Shown here: positions 21,471 to 30,581 of the stretch, piece after piece
Position numbering within the stretch: the stretch's first letter is position 1
How the letters are laid out: the number at the start of each line of letters is the position of its first letter
Made by a program: the position numbers and the translations under genes
Notes under the pieces: generated by a model
The model's database searches: none
The model's input: the letters and a program-made list of their open reading frames with translations, nothing else
Told to the model about the DNA's origin: nothing
Assembly (NCBI GenBank): GCA_963840855.1
Contig: CAWJBB010000032.1
Location: 1-62,252, forward strand
Source: an uncultured delta proteobacterium
Lineage (GTDB): Bacteria; Desulfobacterota; Binatia; UBA9968
Direction of reading: 5' to 3'
Length of the DNA stretch: 62,252 nucleotides

Positions 21471-21593
21471 TCATTTGATACTAAGCGAAAATACTTTGTT
21501 CTCTCTCTTGGCCTTTTTCGCTGCCCTTTTTTCCATCAAGGTCTTGAGTGGTTTCTTTTTGTTCTGTTTCTTACTGTCATGGCCTTTAGTCAT
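21471..21593 (-). CDS. 40-aa lysine-rich small protein (not in ORF track)
   Basis: MTKGHDSKKQNKKKPLKTLMEKRAAKKAKRENKVFSLSIK with GGAG RBS. Confidence 0.7.
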   Translation of the reverse strand: MTKGHDSKKQNKKKPLKTLMEKRAAKKAKRENKVFSLSIK

Positions 21594-21861
21594 GTAACTC
21601 GCTCCTTATCCTTGGGATTGATAGGCTGAGCGCAAAAAACGCTTTGCTGTCGATCATTGCCGCCTCAAACGCCTGCCTGGACTCATCCGCGTCGCCGCAT
21701 CCAAGCGCACCGCGCTTTTCAACGCCCTCGAACGCCGGCGCTTCGAGCACAGGTCGTCGACGGGAGAATAAGCAAGAAAATTCCCGTGAGCCCGGCCCAC
21801 CCATTCTTCAAATTCAGTTGTCGTCAACCGGCAATTGACAGGCGATCGCCGCCGCGGTTTA

Positions 21862-22209
21862 TTACGCTTTCGGCGCAAGCTGCTTGGCGCACGCATCGGC
21901 AACCCTGCTGTCGGGTTTGTCCTCACCCGGCATGATTGCCCAGCTCTGCTTTTCTATATAGCGGCCTGTGTCCCAAGAATCCTTCGCCTTCATTTCATTG
22001 AGCTTCTGTCCCTTGTCGGAGTCCCGGTTAAACTGGGCGACACAAATCGATCCCAAGCGCTCGGCGACGGCATCTGCAGCGGTGGCCTGAGCCATTGAAG
22101 CTGCCGCACCGCCGGTAACCCATCCACCCCAGTTGAACCCGACGACGGCCAATAGGGCCGCGCCGCCGATGGCACTCCACGCACCTAGCTTAATTTTCTC
22201 CCAATCCAT
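21862..22209 (-). CDS. membrane-anchored hypothetical protein (GFNWGGWVT, two Cys)
   Basis: GGAGGTG RBS, N-terminal TM helix, ICVAQF and ACA. Confidence 0.8.
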   Translation of the reverse strand: MDWEKIKLGAWSAIGGAALLAVVGFNWGGWVTGGAAASMAQATAADAVAERLGSICVAQFNRDSDKGQKLNEMKAKDSWDTGRYIEKQSWAIMPGEDKPDSRVADACAKQLAPKA

Positions 22210-22223
22210 AAAACACCTCCTTT

Positions 22224-22511
22224 TTAATGCAAGTTTGGAACACGCAGGTTTAATTTTCCGCAGCAGTGACAAATCCAGTAGTCCGAGAATTGTTTAGCGA
22301 CGGAGCATTCTTCACAATCGCTGCAATGATGGTGGCGGCAGCATTCGCATTCGGTGCTGCCGGTCGCTGCCGATGAGCGGCTCGCCTTGGCCCACGCCTG
22401 TTTCGCGGAACCGGCTTCGATCAGAAATACACGCTGGTTGTCCACCCCGTTGTATTCCCGCGCTACCCGCTGGATCACTCGGTCTCGCACATCCACAGCA
22501 TAGAAAGCCAT
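22224..22511 (-). CDS. Cys/His-rich small protein, putative metal-binding
   Basis: CECCRHHHCSDCEEC and CHCCG; GGAAGG RBS; motif box upstream. Confidence 0.7.
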   Translation of the reverse strand: MAFYAVDVRDRVIQRVAREYNGVDNQRVFLIEAGSAKQAWAKASRSSAATGSTECECCRHHHCSDCEECSVAKQFSDYWICHCCGKLNLRVPNLH

Positions 22512-22602
22512 GTTACCTTCCTGTTTTCGGGCGAGCTTTACGCCGCGTTGGGATATTCATTTCTTTTTCGGTCCCATGCTGCGCCGATCCAACAGGAGTT
22601 GC

Positions 22603-22618
22603 TGTCTAATATTGAACA
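22603..22618 (-). promoter_or_regulatory. Crp/Fnr-type box (TGTTCAATATTAGACA on minus strand)
   Basis: identical to the 15946 box, with GCGCAGCAT at the same spacing. Confidence 0.75.
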
Positions 22619-22928
22619 ATAATGAAAAGAATTATCGCCGGGTCAGCCGGCCGGTAGATCCGGGGATGGTCCGGCTCCGATGTAAGGTTACAAAGTCGGG
22701 ATGTGGACTTCAGGCGCTCGGGGTCGCTCGTGAACGAAATTGTCGGGGCGGCGATCGAGAAGGCGGGTTAGAGTAAAGGGGGCAAAGGTTTGGACCCTAG
22801 GCGAGTGTCTCTTAAATTGAGCGACCTATTTACATGTCATTCTGGCCAACCCCCGCGCCGATCTCGCTTTGCGGAAGACTGGGAGGCATTGTATTAGTCC
22901 TCGAAATTCTGAGCCACTACGCTAACGA

Positions 22929-23225
22929 TTATGTTTCATCGTATTTCGAATCCGCGGTTGGACCTTCAAGACCGGTGCCAGGGCTACCAATCTGCGCTCC
23001 GGGTTCAAAGCGAAACACCGTAATACCTGCTTTAGTCAGTTCGTCGGTATCGAATCCCGGGCATTTCTGAAATGCAATGGTTTTTTCCGCAAAATTGCCG
23101 CCGCTTGTGCTGTTCACTAGCGCTTGAACCTGCTCGACTGATGGCTGCTCGTTGTATTCGGCAAAGAAACTTTTTCTCGTTTTCGAGCTGGCATGTTTTT
23201 TTCTGTAGCTGACTACAAAAAGCAT
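22929..23225 (-). CDS. hypothetical protein
   Basis: GAGGAGG RBS before ATG 23225; sigma54 promoter upstream. Confidence 0.7.
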   Translation of the reverse strand: MLFVVSYRKKHASSKTRKSFFAEYNEQPSVEQVQALVNSTSGGNFAEKTIAFQKCPGFDTDELTKAGITVFRFEPGAQIGSPGTGLEGPTADSKYDET

Positions 23226-23292
23226 GCAGATAACCTCCTCGTGGTAGCGGTAGGGGCATCGGTCATAGTTTTGTGTATGCGGACGATTTCGG

Positions 23293-23308
23293 AGCAAAGG
23301 CAATGCCA
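23293..23308 (-). promoter_or_regulatory. sigma54 -24/-12 promoter TGGCATTGCCTTTGCT
   Basis: GG-N10-GC, near-consensus TGGCA-N6-TTGC. Confidence 0.7.
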
Positions 23309-23606
23309 GGGTGCGCGCTATGACAAATTAGGAAATCGAGATTAAATCGATGACAGCTTTTCCAACTATAACCTCGAGGCTGGTTTGGTTTTGTCCAACG
23401 GGATGTTCAACAGAAGGAAAATGTGCTAGCTGGGTCTGAGATGTGCAGAAGGTTAAAAACGGCTAGATGAAGGGTGAATCTCTCTGATTGCGAAGCTCCT
23501 TCCCTTTCGCAGCGGCCATCCTTGACTACAAGATCCAATCCGAAGTAGTCTCGCTTCGGCTCAATTCGAATAGAGCTGACACAGACGATTTATTCCGGAG
23601 AGAAGA

Positions 23607-23843
23607 ATGACGGTGTTATTGGTTGACTATCTGAAAGCTTTTGGCTGGGGATTAGTCGGTGCCATTACGATGGCTATTTCCCTCTGGATCTTGTTGAGGG
23701 TTTTCACTTGGCTTACCCCTGTGGACGAGTGGGAGGAGCTGAAAAAGGGAAACCTCGGGATTGCCATCATCATGGCTGCTGTGATTATTGGGTTTGCGAT
23801 TGTGGTCGGGTCGATGGTGGCCCCTCCTCCTATCGCTCCCTAG
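23607..23843 (+). CDS. DUF350-like small membrane protein
   Basis: two TM helices flanking LTPVDEWEELKKGNLGIAI. Confidence 0.8.
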   Translation: MTVLLVDYLKAFGWGLVGAITMAISLWILLRVFTWLTPVDEWEELKKGNLGIAIIMAAVIIGFAIVVGSMVAPPPIAP

Positions 23844-24066
23844 CCTGTCAATCCTGATCCGAATAAAAGGGCGTGTTTCCGGCGAGGTTGGTTCGCCGTT
23901 TCCCCCATCAACCCGGCTTCCCCACCAAGTGGTTTTTATATTTCCGCGATTGCGAGAACGTAAACAAACGGGCTTCGCGCTATTTCTATTCAATATCGTC
24001 TATACTATACAGCGAACCCATTTCGAGGCAGCCTATTATTAGCTGATCGGACACGGAGGGGGAGCA

Positions 24067-25752
24067 TTGTTTCTCAATTACACGCCTGTTTCGTTGGCCT
24101 TTGGCACCAGCGGTTTGCGCGGCTTGGTCAAAGACATCACCGACCTGGAGGCTTATATCAATGTCAAAGCGGCGCTTCGCTATTTTCTGAGCATCGGCGA
24201 TATGCGCGCGAGCAGTGGAGTGGTCATCGCCGGCGACCTCCGGCCGAGCACCGACCGCATCATGCGCGCGTGCGCCCAAGCGATTGTTGACTCAGGCTAC
24301 CAGGTGGAGAACTCGGGTAAGATCCCTACGCCCGCATTGATCTCTCACGCCATCTCCACCGGACGCGCCGGCGTTATGGTGAGCGGCAGTCATATTCCTT
24401 TCGATCGTAACGGCATCAAGCTCAACAAGAGTATCGGCGAGGTCCTGAAGTCGGACGAACCAGGCATCACGCGCGAAGTCGAGCGGGTACGCGCGGAGGA
24501 GTACAGCCGCACGGCCGCTAACTCGCCCTTCGACGCCTCCGGAATGCTCAAGCGGCCGCTCGACCTGCCGCCGCTCGATCGCGCCGCCGAAGAAGCCTAC
24601 GTTCATCGCTACCTGCGGAGCTTCACCGGCGGCGGCCTCTCCGGCCTGCGCGTCCTCGTGCACCAGCATTCGGCGGTGGGCCGCGACATCTTGCCGCACA
24701 TCCTCGGTGAGCTCGGCGCCGAGGTGGTCACCGCCGGGCGCAGCGACACGTTCGTTTCCATCGATACGGAAAACATTACCGAGGAGCAGATGGACCGTCT
24801 GGAGGAATTCGCCGTCGCTGCCGAAGCACGCGGCGGTCCATTACACGCAATCGTGTCTACCGATGGCGATTCCGATCGGCCGCTGGTGACCGCGGTGTTG
24901 CCCGCCGCGGAGGTCCAACCAGGCGCCCGGCGCGTGCGTTTTTTGCCCGGTGATTTACTCGGCATCGTGGTCGCCGAATACTTGCAGGCGGATGCCGCCG
25001 CGGTTCCCATTAGCGCCAATGACGCCGTCGAGCAGCGCATGGCCGAGCGCGGCGTTCTGCTCGCGAAGACCAAGATCGGCTCGCCCTATGTTGTATCTGC
25101 CCTCGACGAGTTGCGCCGTGACGGCACGCGCGCGCGTATCGTCGGCTGGGAAGCTAACGGCGGATTTCTAACCGGCACCGATATCGCATTGACCTCCGGG
25201 ACACTGGCCGCTTTGCCGACGCGGGATTCGACGCTGCCCATCTTGGCAAACTTGTTCGCCGCGGCCGAAAAGCGCAGCGGATTGGCCGCACTGTGGAACC
25301 GGCTGCCGGCGCGCTTCAGTCGCGCCGGTTTGATCGACAACGTACCGGTCGCGGCTAGCCAGGCCATCCTGGCTCACCTGATTCCACCGGGCGAGGTGAT
25401 CGAGGTGGAGTTCGATGACGCGGGGCGCGCGTTCGACCGTAGTCGCCCAAACGCGCTGCCCGCGCCGCTGGCGGAACCGGCGACCGCAGACTGGCAGCAG
25501 CGCAGGGCGACGCTGAGCCGTTTCTTCACTGCGGCGCTCGGATTTGACGACATCGTGCGCATCAACGTACTCGATGGCATGCGCGTCTATTTCCGCAATG
25601 GCGACGTCGCGCACCTGCGGCCGTCGGGCAACGCGCCTCAGCTGCGCATCTATGCCAACAGCGATTCCCAAGCGCGCGCCGATCAAATCGTCGAGCTTGG
25701 GCTGCGCGAACCCGACGGGATCTTGCGTCAACTGGAACGAGCCTTCACGTGA
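24067..25752 (+). CDS. manB: phosphomannomutase/phosphoglucomutase
   Basis: FGTSGLRG, SGSHIPFDRNG phosphoserine loop, TDGDSDRP, GWEANGG, RPSGNAP. Confidence 0.9.
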   Translation: MFLNYTPVSLAFGTSGLRGLVKDITDLEAYINVKAALRYFLSIGDMRASSGVVIAGDLRPSTDRIMRACAQAIVDSGYQVENSGKIPTPALISHAISTGRAGVMVSGSHIPFDRNGIKLNKSIGEVLKSDEPGITREVERVRAEEYSRTAANSPFDASGMLKRPLDLPPLDRAAEEAYVHRYLRSFTGGGLSGLRVLVHQHSAVGRDILPHILGELGAEVVTAGRSDTFVSIDTENITEEQMDRLEEFAVAAEARGGPLHAIVSTDGDSDRPLVTAVLPAAEVQPGARRVRFLPGDLLGIVVAEYLQADAAAVPISANDAVEQRMAERGVLLAKTKIGSPYVVSALDELRRDGTRARIVGWEANGGFLTGTDIALTSGTLAALPTRDSTLPILANLFAAAEKRSGLAALWNRLPARFSRAGLIDNVPVAASQAILAHLIPPGEVIEVEFDDAGRAFDRSRPNALPAPLAEPATADWQQRRATLSRFFTAALGFDDIVRINVLDGMRVYFRNGDVAHLRPSGNAPQLRIYANSDSQARADQIVELGLREPDGILRQLERAFT

Positions 25753-25843
25753 GGTACGGCAGTGACTTCGCCAGGGGAAAACTATAATCCGTTTCACACT
25801 TGTCTAAATTAGTCGTCACGAAGACCACGAGCACCGATTATGA

Positions 25844-26103
25844 CTCGCGCAAAGGCGCAAAGACGCCCCGCTGTCATTTCGACCGAAGGGAGAAATCTTT
25901 CTTAGATCCCTCGCATTCGCCAGACTGTGTGAAAAACTCTTTAGAAGCCCTTCGACGGAGCTCAGGGCGAACGCCTAAATGTTTGATTTGTAACGTCTCA
26001 TATCCGTTCGTGGTGAGCCCAGTCGAACCATGAACGGAGTTTTCACACAGTCTGGCGCTCGGGATGACAGGCCGTGGTCCGTCACTTTGCGTCTTGGCGC
26101 GAG
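25844..26103. repeat. nested palindromic repeat/MITE cluster
   Basis: outer GCAAAG..CTTTGC arms, middle CTGTCAT..ATGACAG arms, inner TIR element. Confidence 0.7.
25921..26054. mobile_element. MITE with 15-bp TIRs CAGACTGTGTGAAAA
   Basis: CAGACTGTGTGAAAA at 25921 and TTTTCACACAGTCTG ending 26054; non-coding; inserted inside a REP. Confidence 0.7.
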
Positions 26104-26123
26104 AATAGAATTCTTTTTAAAAT

Positions 26124-26139
26124 CGTCCACTATTAGACA
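26124..26139 (+). promoter_or_regulatory. Crp/Fnr-type box CGTCCACTATTAGACA
   Basis: motif match, upstream T-tract, GCGCATTTT at conserved spacing. Confidence 0.7.
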
Positions 26140-26253
26140 TCAATTCCCGCCCAATCAGCGCATTTTTAATGCAGTTTAGGGCATGGCGCTTCACTTCCGC
26201 TTACTCTTCGTGCTAAGTCTACGAGACTAACCGGTCCAACCCAGGAGGTTGAA

Positions 26254-26577
26254 ATGTATGCGCGCAACGTCAGTTTGAAGCTCAAGGCCAATCCTTTTAG
26301 CGCCTCCGAGTTTACCGATATTTTTGATCGGGAGATCATTCCTTTACTGCGTAAACAAAAGGGCTTTCAAGAAGAGATCAGCTTCATCGCCGCCGAACGC
26401 AACGAAGCCGTAGCCATTAGTTTCTGGGATAAGAAAGACAGCGCGGATGCCTACCACCGAAAGACCTATCCTCAAGTCTTGAAGGCCCTGTCGAGAGTGG
26501 TTGAGGGTACTCCCAGAGTAGAGACTTTCGAGGTCGCGAACTCCACCGCCCACCAGATCGCTGCCAGCGCGCCCTAA
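26254..26577 (+). CDS. ABM-like dimeric alpha/beta barrel protein
   Basis: IIPLLRKQKGF, AISFW, YxxxxYP, PRVETFEV; AGGAGG RBS. Confidence 0.8.
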   Translation: MYARNVSLKLKANPFSASEFTDIFDREIIPLLRKQKGFQEEISFIAAERNEAVAISFWDKKDSADAYHRKTYPQVLKALSRVVEGTPRVETFEVANSTAHQIAASAP

Positions 26578-26777
26578 CCAGAATGGTTTTTGAGGACATA
26601 GAATTTTTATCGGCATATTCGGCGCGCTATCCGGTACAGAGAAGGTGTATCAATTTTGCTACTCACTGTAGTTAATTTGATTCACCTGTCTTGATTCATC
26701 GCCGTCGCCAAGCTTTGAATGCAAGGAATTCCTCCATGAATTCAACACTGTTGATTTTCCCAACGGAGTACGTGTTG

Positions 26778-26793
26778 TGGCATCATTAGTGCA
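26778..26793 (+). promoter_or_regulatory. possible sigma54 promoter TGGCATCATTAGTGCA
   Basis: GG-N10-GC; GAGGTG RBS and ATG at 26848 downstream. Confidence 0.5.
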
Positions 26794-26852
26794 CTTAGAG
26801 TAGAGACCGATAACCAAAAACCAGTAAACAAACGAGGTGATCGGATCATGGC

Positions 26853-27000
26853 CACGTGGACAAGATTTTGAAATGCGCCAAACCCGCTGATCTACCCATC
26901 GAGCAGCCGAAGAAGTTTGAGTTCATCATCAATCTGAAAGCAGATCGGCCTGACGATACCGCCCAATGTGCTGGCGCAGGTGGACAAAGTTATTCGATAG
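26853..27000 (+). pseudogene. C-terminal fragment of ABC_sub_bind protein
   Basis: [28 protein letters not shown], then a deletion, then [18 protein letters not shown]. Confidence 0.8.
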
Positions 27001-27047
27001 GCGTGAGTTCCTCGACATTGCTCAGGATAGGCTCCCGGCGAAAGGCT
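27001..27047 (+). repeat. ABC-array linker repeat (also ~28050-28112, ~32388-32437, ~37067-37110)
   Basis: GCGTGAGTTCCT(T)CGAC.TTGCTCAGG...GCTCCCGGCG.AAGGC follows the stop codons of paralogs and fragments. Confidence 0.75.
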
Positions 27048-27060
27048 TTAGAGAGAAAAA

Positions 27061-28047
27061 ATGAAGAAAAGCACTTTTTGTGGCGTGCTTAGCGCCATGA
27101 TCTTTGCGCTTTGCGCGACCGCCCACGCGCAGCAGCCAACGAAAATCCCCCGGATAGGATTCCTAACCGGCTCTTCCATTTCCGCCACCTCAGCCCGCAT
27201 CGCGGCATTCCGGCAGGGTCTTCGGGATCTCGGATACCTGGAGGGGAAAAACATTGTCATTGAATGGCGATCGTGGGAGGGAAAGCGCGATCGCCAGCGC
27301 GCGCTTGCAGCCGAACTGGTGCGTCTCAAGGTTGATGTTATCGTTGCGGTCGGTTCGGGAGATACAGGCGCAGCCAAAGCGGCGACCGCCACGATTCCCA
27401 TTGTGATGATTACGGGTGGCGACGCTGTCGGAAGCGGTTTCGTCGCCAGTCTGGCGCGTCCTGGCGGGAACATTACAGGATTGTCAACCCTTCGCCCGGA
27501 GTTAAGTGGAAAACGACTTGAGCTTCTGAAGGAGATCGTTCCCAGGCTTTCGCGCGTGGCCGTCTTCGCGAGTTCAAACGCCCAGGATCATGCGCAAGTG
27601 AAAAAAGAGCTCGAACTTGCTGCAGGGGCGTTCGGCGCGAAGCTTCAATATCAAGACATCCTAAGTCGCAAGGAAATTGAGACCGCATTCCAAGCCGCAG
27701 TTAAGGGACGGGCTGACGCGGTCTTTTTCCAGGTGGGCGGCCCGTTTGCTAGTTCTCAGCGACCACAGATTGCAGACCTCGCAGTAAAGAGCCGGCTCCC
27801 GGCGATATACGACAGGGCAGAATATGTGGAAGACGGCGGGCTTGTGTCCTACGGCATGAGCTTCACCGACCTTGAAGGGCGCGCCGCCATGTATGTGGAT
27901 AAGATCCTCAAGGGCGCCAAGCCCGCCGATCTCCCCGTAGAGCAACCGACGAAGTTTGAGTTCATCATCAATCTGAAAGCCGCCAAACAGATCGGCCTGA
28001 CGATACCGCCGAATGTGTTGGTGCGGGCGGATAAGGTAATTCGATAG
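27061..28047 (+). CDS. ABC transporter substrate-binding protein (ABC_sub_bind family)
   Basis: [13 protein letters not shown], [31 protein letters not shown]. Confidence 0.92.
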   Translation: MKKSTFCGVLSAMIFALCATAHAQQPTKIPRIGFLTGSSISATSARIAAFRQGLRDLGYLEGKNIVIEWRSWEGKRDRQRALAAELVRLKVDVIVAVGSGDTGAAKAATATIPIVMITGGDAVGSGFVASLARPGGNITGLSTLRPELSGKRLELLKEIVPRLSRVAVFASSNAQDHAQVKKELELAAGAFGAKLQYQDILSRKEIETAFQAAVKGRADAVFFQVGGPFASSQRPQIADLAVKSRLPAIYDRAEYVEDGGLVSYGMSFTDLEGRAAMYVDKILKGAKPADLPVEQPTKFEFIINLKAAKQIGLTIPPNVLVRADKVIR

Positions 28048-28177
28048 GGGTGTGAGACCCTTCGACGGAGTTTATGCTGAGCGAGTCTCAGGGCACGCTC
28101 CGGCAGAAGGCGTAAGTAGAATATTTTGGAATTTTGAAATCGGTACTAACTCAACCGTAGGAACTCTTCGAATGGAC

Positions 28178-28258
28178 TTATCTGTTTTGAAATCGCCGCG
28201 ACTTCCAATAACCAGGACGGCGTCGCCCGTGGGCCACCGCGATCACACTAACGCTTGG
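28178..28258 (-). pseudogene. C-terminal remnant of a ParE/RelE toxin
   Basis: minus strand reads VIAVAHGRRRPGYWKSRR*, a typical ParE C-terminus, directly after the antitoxin. Confidence 0.65.
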
Positions 28259-28493
28259 AGCGGCCAACGGATCGTCCGAGGATCTGGCGGCGCGCCACGG
28301 ACCAGGGAACCGTCTTTACTTTTCCCCGATCTAGATCATCGATGCGTCGCGCAATCTCCTTACTCCACGCCAATTCGACATCCTCATCGACTGAGCCATC
28401 CAAGCTTTCGAGCAGATGACCGGCCAGCGCGGCACGTGCTTCAGCAGGCAGCCGGAGGGCTTCTTCCAAGACTTTTTTGTGCATCGGTTTCAT
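28248..28493 (-). CDS. addiction-module antitoxin (TIGR02574-like)
   Basis: ALRLPAEARAALAxxLLESLD...AWxxEIxRR...VPW. Confidence 0.85.
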   Translation of the reverse strand: MKPMHKKVLEEALRLPAEARAALAGHLLESLDGSVDEDVELAWSKEIARRIDDLDRGKVKTVPWSVARRQILGRSVGRSKR

Positions 28494-28552
28494 CGGGAAG
28501 AATTTTATATCAGTCCCTCTCATGAACACAAGTTTCCGCTTCCGGAGGTGGA

Positions 28553-29533
28553 ATGGCTAGAAAACTGAGTATCTTCATTTTTGTAAATGTGATTCTTGCT
28601 CCAGTTCTCTTGGCTCACGCGCAGCAGCCGGCGAAAGTCCACCGGATAGGCTGGTTAGCGGTCAACACGGCCACGCTTTCAGAACGTTACGAAGCATTTC
28701 GACGAGGCTTGCGTGAGCTTGGATACATTGAGGGCCAGAACGTTGTTATCGAGCGCCGAGACGCCGAAGGGAATGTACAGCGCCTTCCTGATGCAGCGGC
28801 CGAGCTGGTCCGCTTAAAGGTGGATGTGATAGTGACCACGGGCACGACAGGGGCTCTTGCTGCCAAGCAGGCCACGAGCACGATGCCCATTGTCATAACG
28901 ACTGGCGGTGATCCAGTTGCCAGCGGGCTCATTGCCAGCCTTGCTCGGCCAGGAGGAAACATCACGGGGCTGACGAACATTGCATCGGACTTAGCCGGGA
29001 AACGACTCGAACTGTTAAAGGAGACCGTTCCTACGCTTACCCGCGTGGGTGTCCTCTGGAACCCAGCCGACCCAGGCGGAACCAGCAGTTTGAAAGAGAC
29101 GGAGGCTGTGGCTCCGGCGTTGGGTATGCAGGTCCAATCCCTGGGTGTGCGGAGTCCCAAAGATTTCGAGACTGCATTTAAAGCAGCGACTGGGGGACGA
29201 ACCCACGCTCTCATTATCCTGCAGACTGCCCTCATCAATGCTCAGCGAACACGAATCGTGGAACTAGCGACAAAGAATCGATTGCCAACAATGTTTGGGG
29301 AAGGAGCACACGTGGAATCCGGAGGCCTCATGTCATATGCGCCGAACTCTGCTGATTTGTTTCGCCGCGCTGCAACCTACGTGGATAAGATCTTAAAAGG
29401 CGCTAAGCCTTCAGATCTCCCAGTGGAGCAGCCCACGAAGTTTGAGCTGGTGATCAATCTGATAGCCGCCAAACAGATCGGCCTGACGATTCCGCCGAAT
29501 GTGCTGGTGCGGGCTGATAAAGTGATTCGGTAG
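28553..29533 (+). CDS. ABC transporter substrate-binding protein (ABC_sub_bind family)
   Basis: same family motifs, GGAGG RBS, signal peptide. Confidence 0.92.
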   Translation: MARKLSIFIFVNVILAPVLLAHAQQPAKVHRIGWLAVNTATLSERYEAFRRGLRELGYIEGQNVVIERRDAEGNVQRLPDAAAELVRLKVDVIVTTGTTGALAAKQATSTMPIVITTGGDPVASGLIASLARPGGNITGLTNIASDLAGKRLELLKETVPTLTRVGVLWNPADPGGTSSLKETEAVAPALGMQVQSLGVRSPKDFETAFKAATGGRTHALIILQTALINAQRTRIVELATKNRLPTMFGEGAHVESGGLMSYAPNSADLFRRAATYVDKILKGAKPSDLPVEQPTKFELVINLIAAKQIGLTIPPNVLVRADKVIR

Positions 29534-29561
29534 GCGTGAGGCGCGAGGCGAAAGGCGTGAG

Positions 29562-30548
29562 ATGAACACAGTGAGGACGAAACTTTTTTGGTTGGCGCTG
29601 ATTGCCATGCTCTTGGCTGTGTGGTTGACAGCTGACGCGCAGCAGCAGGCAAAGGTACGTAAGATTGGATGGCTCGGAACCCGTCCCACTTCAGCCGGCG
29701 GGCAAGAGACAATACCGCGCATACTTCGTGATCTCGGCTATGTTGAGGGCAAGAACATCGCTTTCGAGTATCGATTTGCTGATAACAAGCTCGACCGGCT
29801 CCCCGGCCTCGCTGATGAGCTGCTCCGTCTCAAAGTTGACGTACTGGTCACGCCCGGGATTAATGAAGCCCTAGTTGCCAAGAACGCTACCAAAACGATC
29901 CCCATCGTTTTTTTCAGCGCGGTTGATCCTGTCGCGGCTGGGCTTGTTGACAGCCTTCCGCGGCCTGGGGGAAACGTCACGGGGTTCACCGACATTGGGG
30001 CGGTGTTGGCTGGCAAGCGATTGGAACTACTCAAGGAAACCGTTCCCAAACTCTCCCGCGTTGCGGTGCTTTGGGATCCACAGAACCCAAGCTCTGCGCA
30101 ACAATGGAAAGAAAGCCAACTGGCAGCACGAGAACTGGGTCTGCAGCTTCATTCCATGGAAGTCAGTAGCGCCGACAAATACGAGAGCGCCTTCAAAGAG
30201 GCTATTAAGGCGCGTAGTGCCGCGCTCGCCTCGTCGTCGAGCGCGTTGGCTAATTCTAACCAAAAACAAATCGCGGACCTGGCGACAAAAAACCGTTTGC
30301 CGGCGATTTACCCTCGGGAAGATTGGGTCGCCGGTGGTGGCCTGATGTCGTACGGGCCCGACCGCGAAGAACTTTATAAGCGCGTCGCATCGATGGTCGA
30401 CAAGATTCTCAAAGGCGCTAAGCCCGCCGATCTCCCGGTAGAGCAGCCCAAGACGTTTGAGTTCATCATCAATCTGAAAGCAGCCAAGCAGATCGGACTC
30501 ACGATTCCACCGAACGTCTTAGCCAGAGCAGATAAAGTAATCCGATGA
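29562..30548 (+). CDS. ABC transporter substrate-binding protein (ABC_sub_bind family)
   Basis: same family motifs, signal peptide. Confidence 0.92.
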   Translation: MNTVRTKLFWLALIAMLLAVWLTADAQQQAKVRKIGWLGTRPTSAGGQETIPRILRDLGYVEGKNIAFEYRFADNKLDRLPGLADELLRLKVDVLVTPGINEALVAKNATKTIPIVFFSAVDPVAAGLVDSLPRPGGNVTGFTDIGAVLAGKRLELLKETVPKLSRVAVLWDPQNPSSAQQWKESQLAARELGLQLHSMEVSSADKYESAFKEAIKARSAALASSSSALANSNQKQIADLATKNRLPAIYPREDWVAGGGLMSYGPDREELYKRVASMVDKILKGAKPADLPVEQPKTFEFIINLKAAKQIGLTIPPNVLARADKVIR

Positions 30549-30581
30549 TTGGACAATCTAAAATCCAAAATCGAAAATCTA

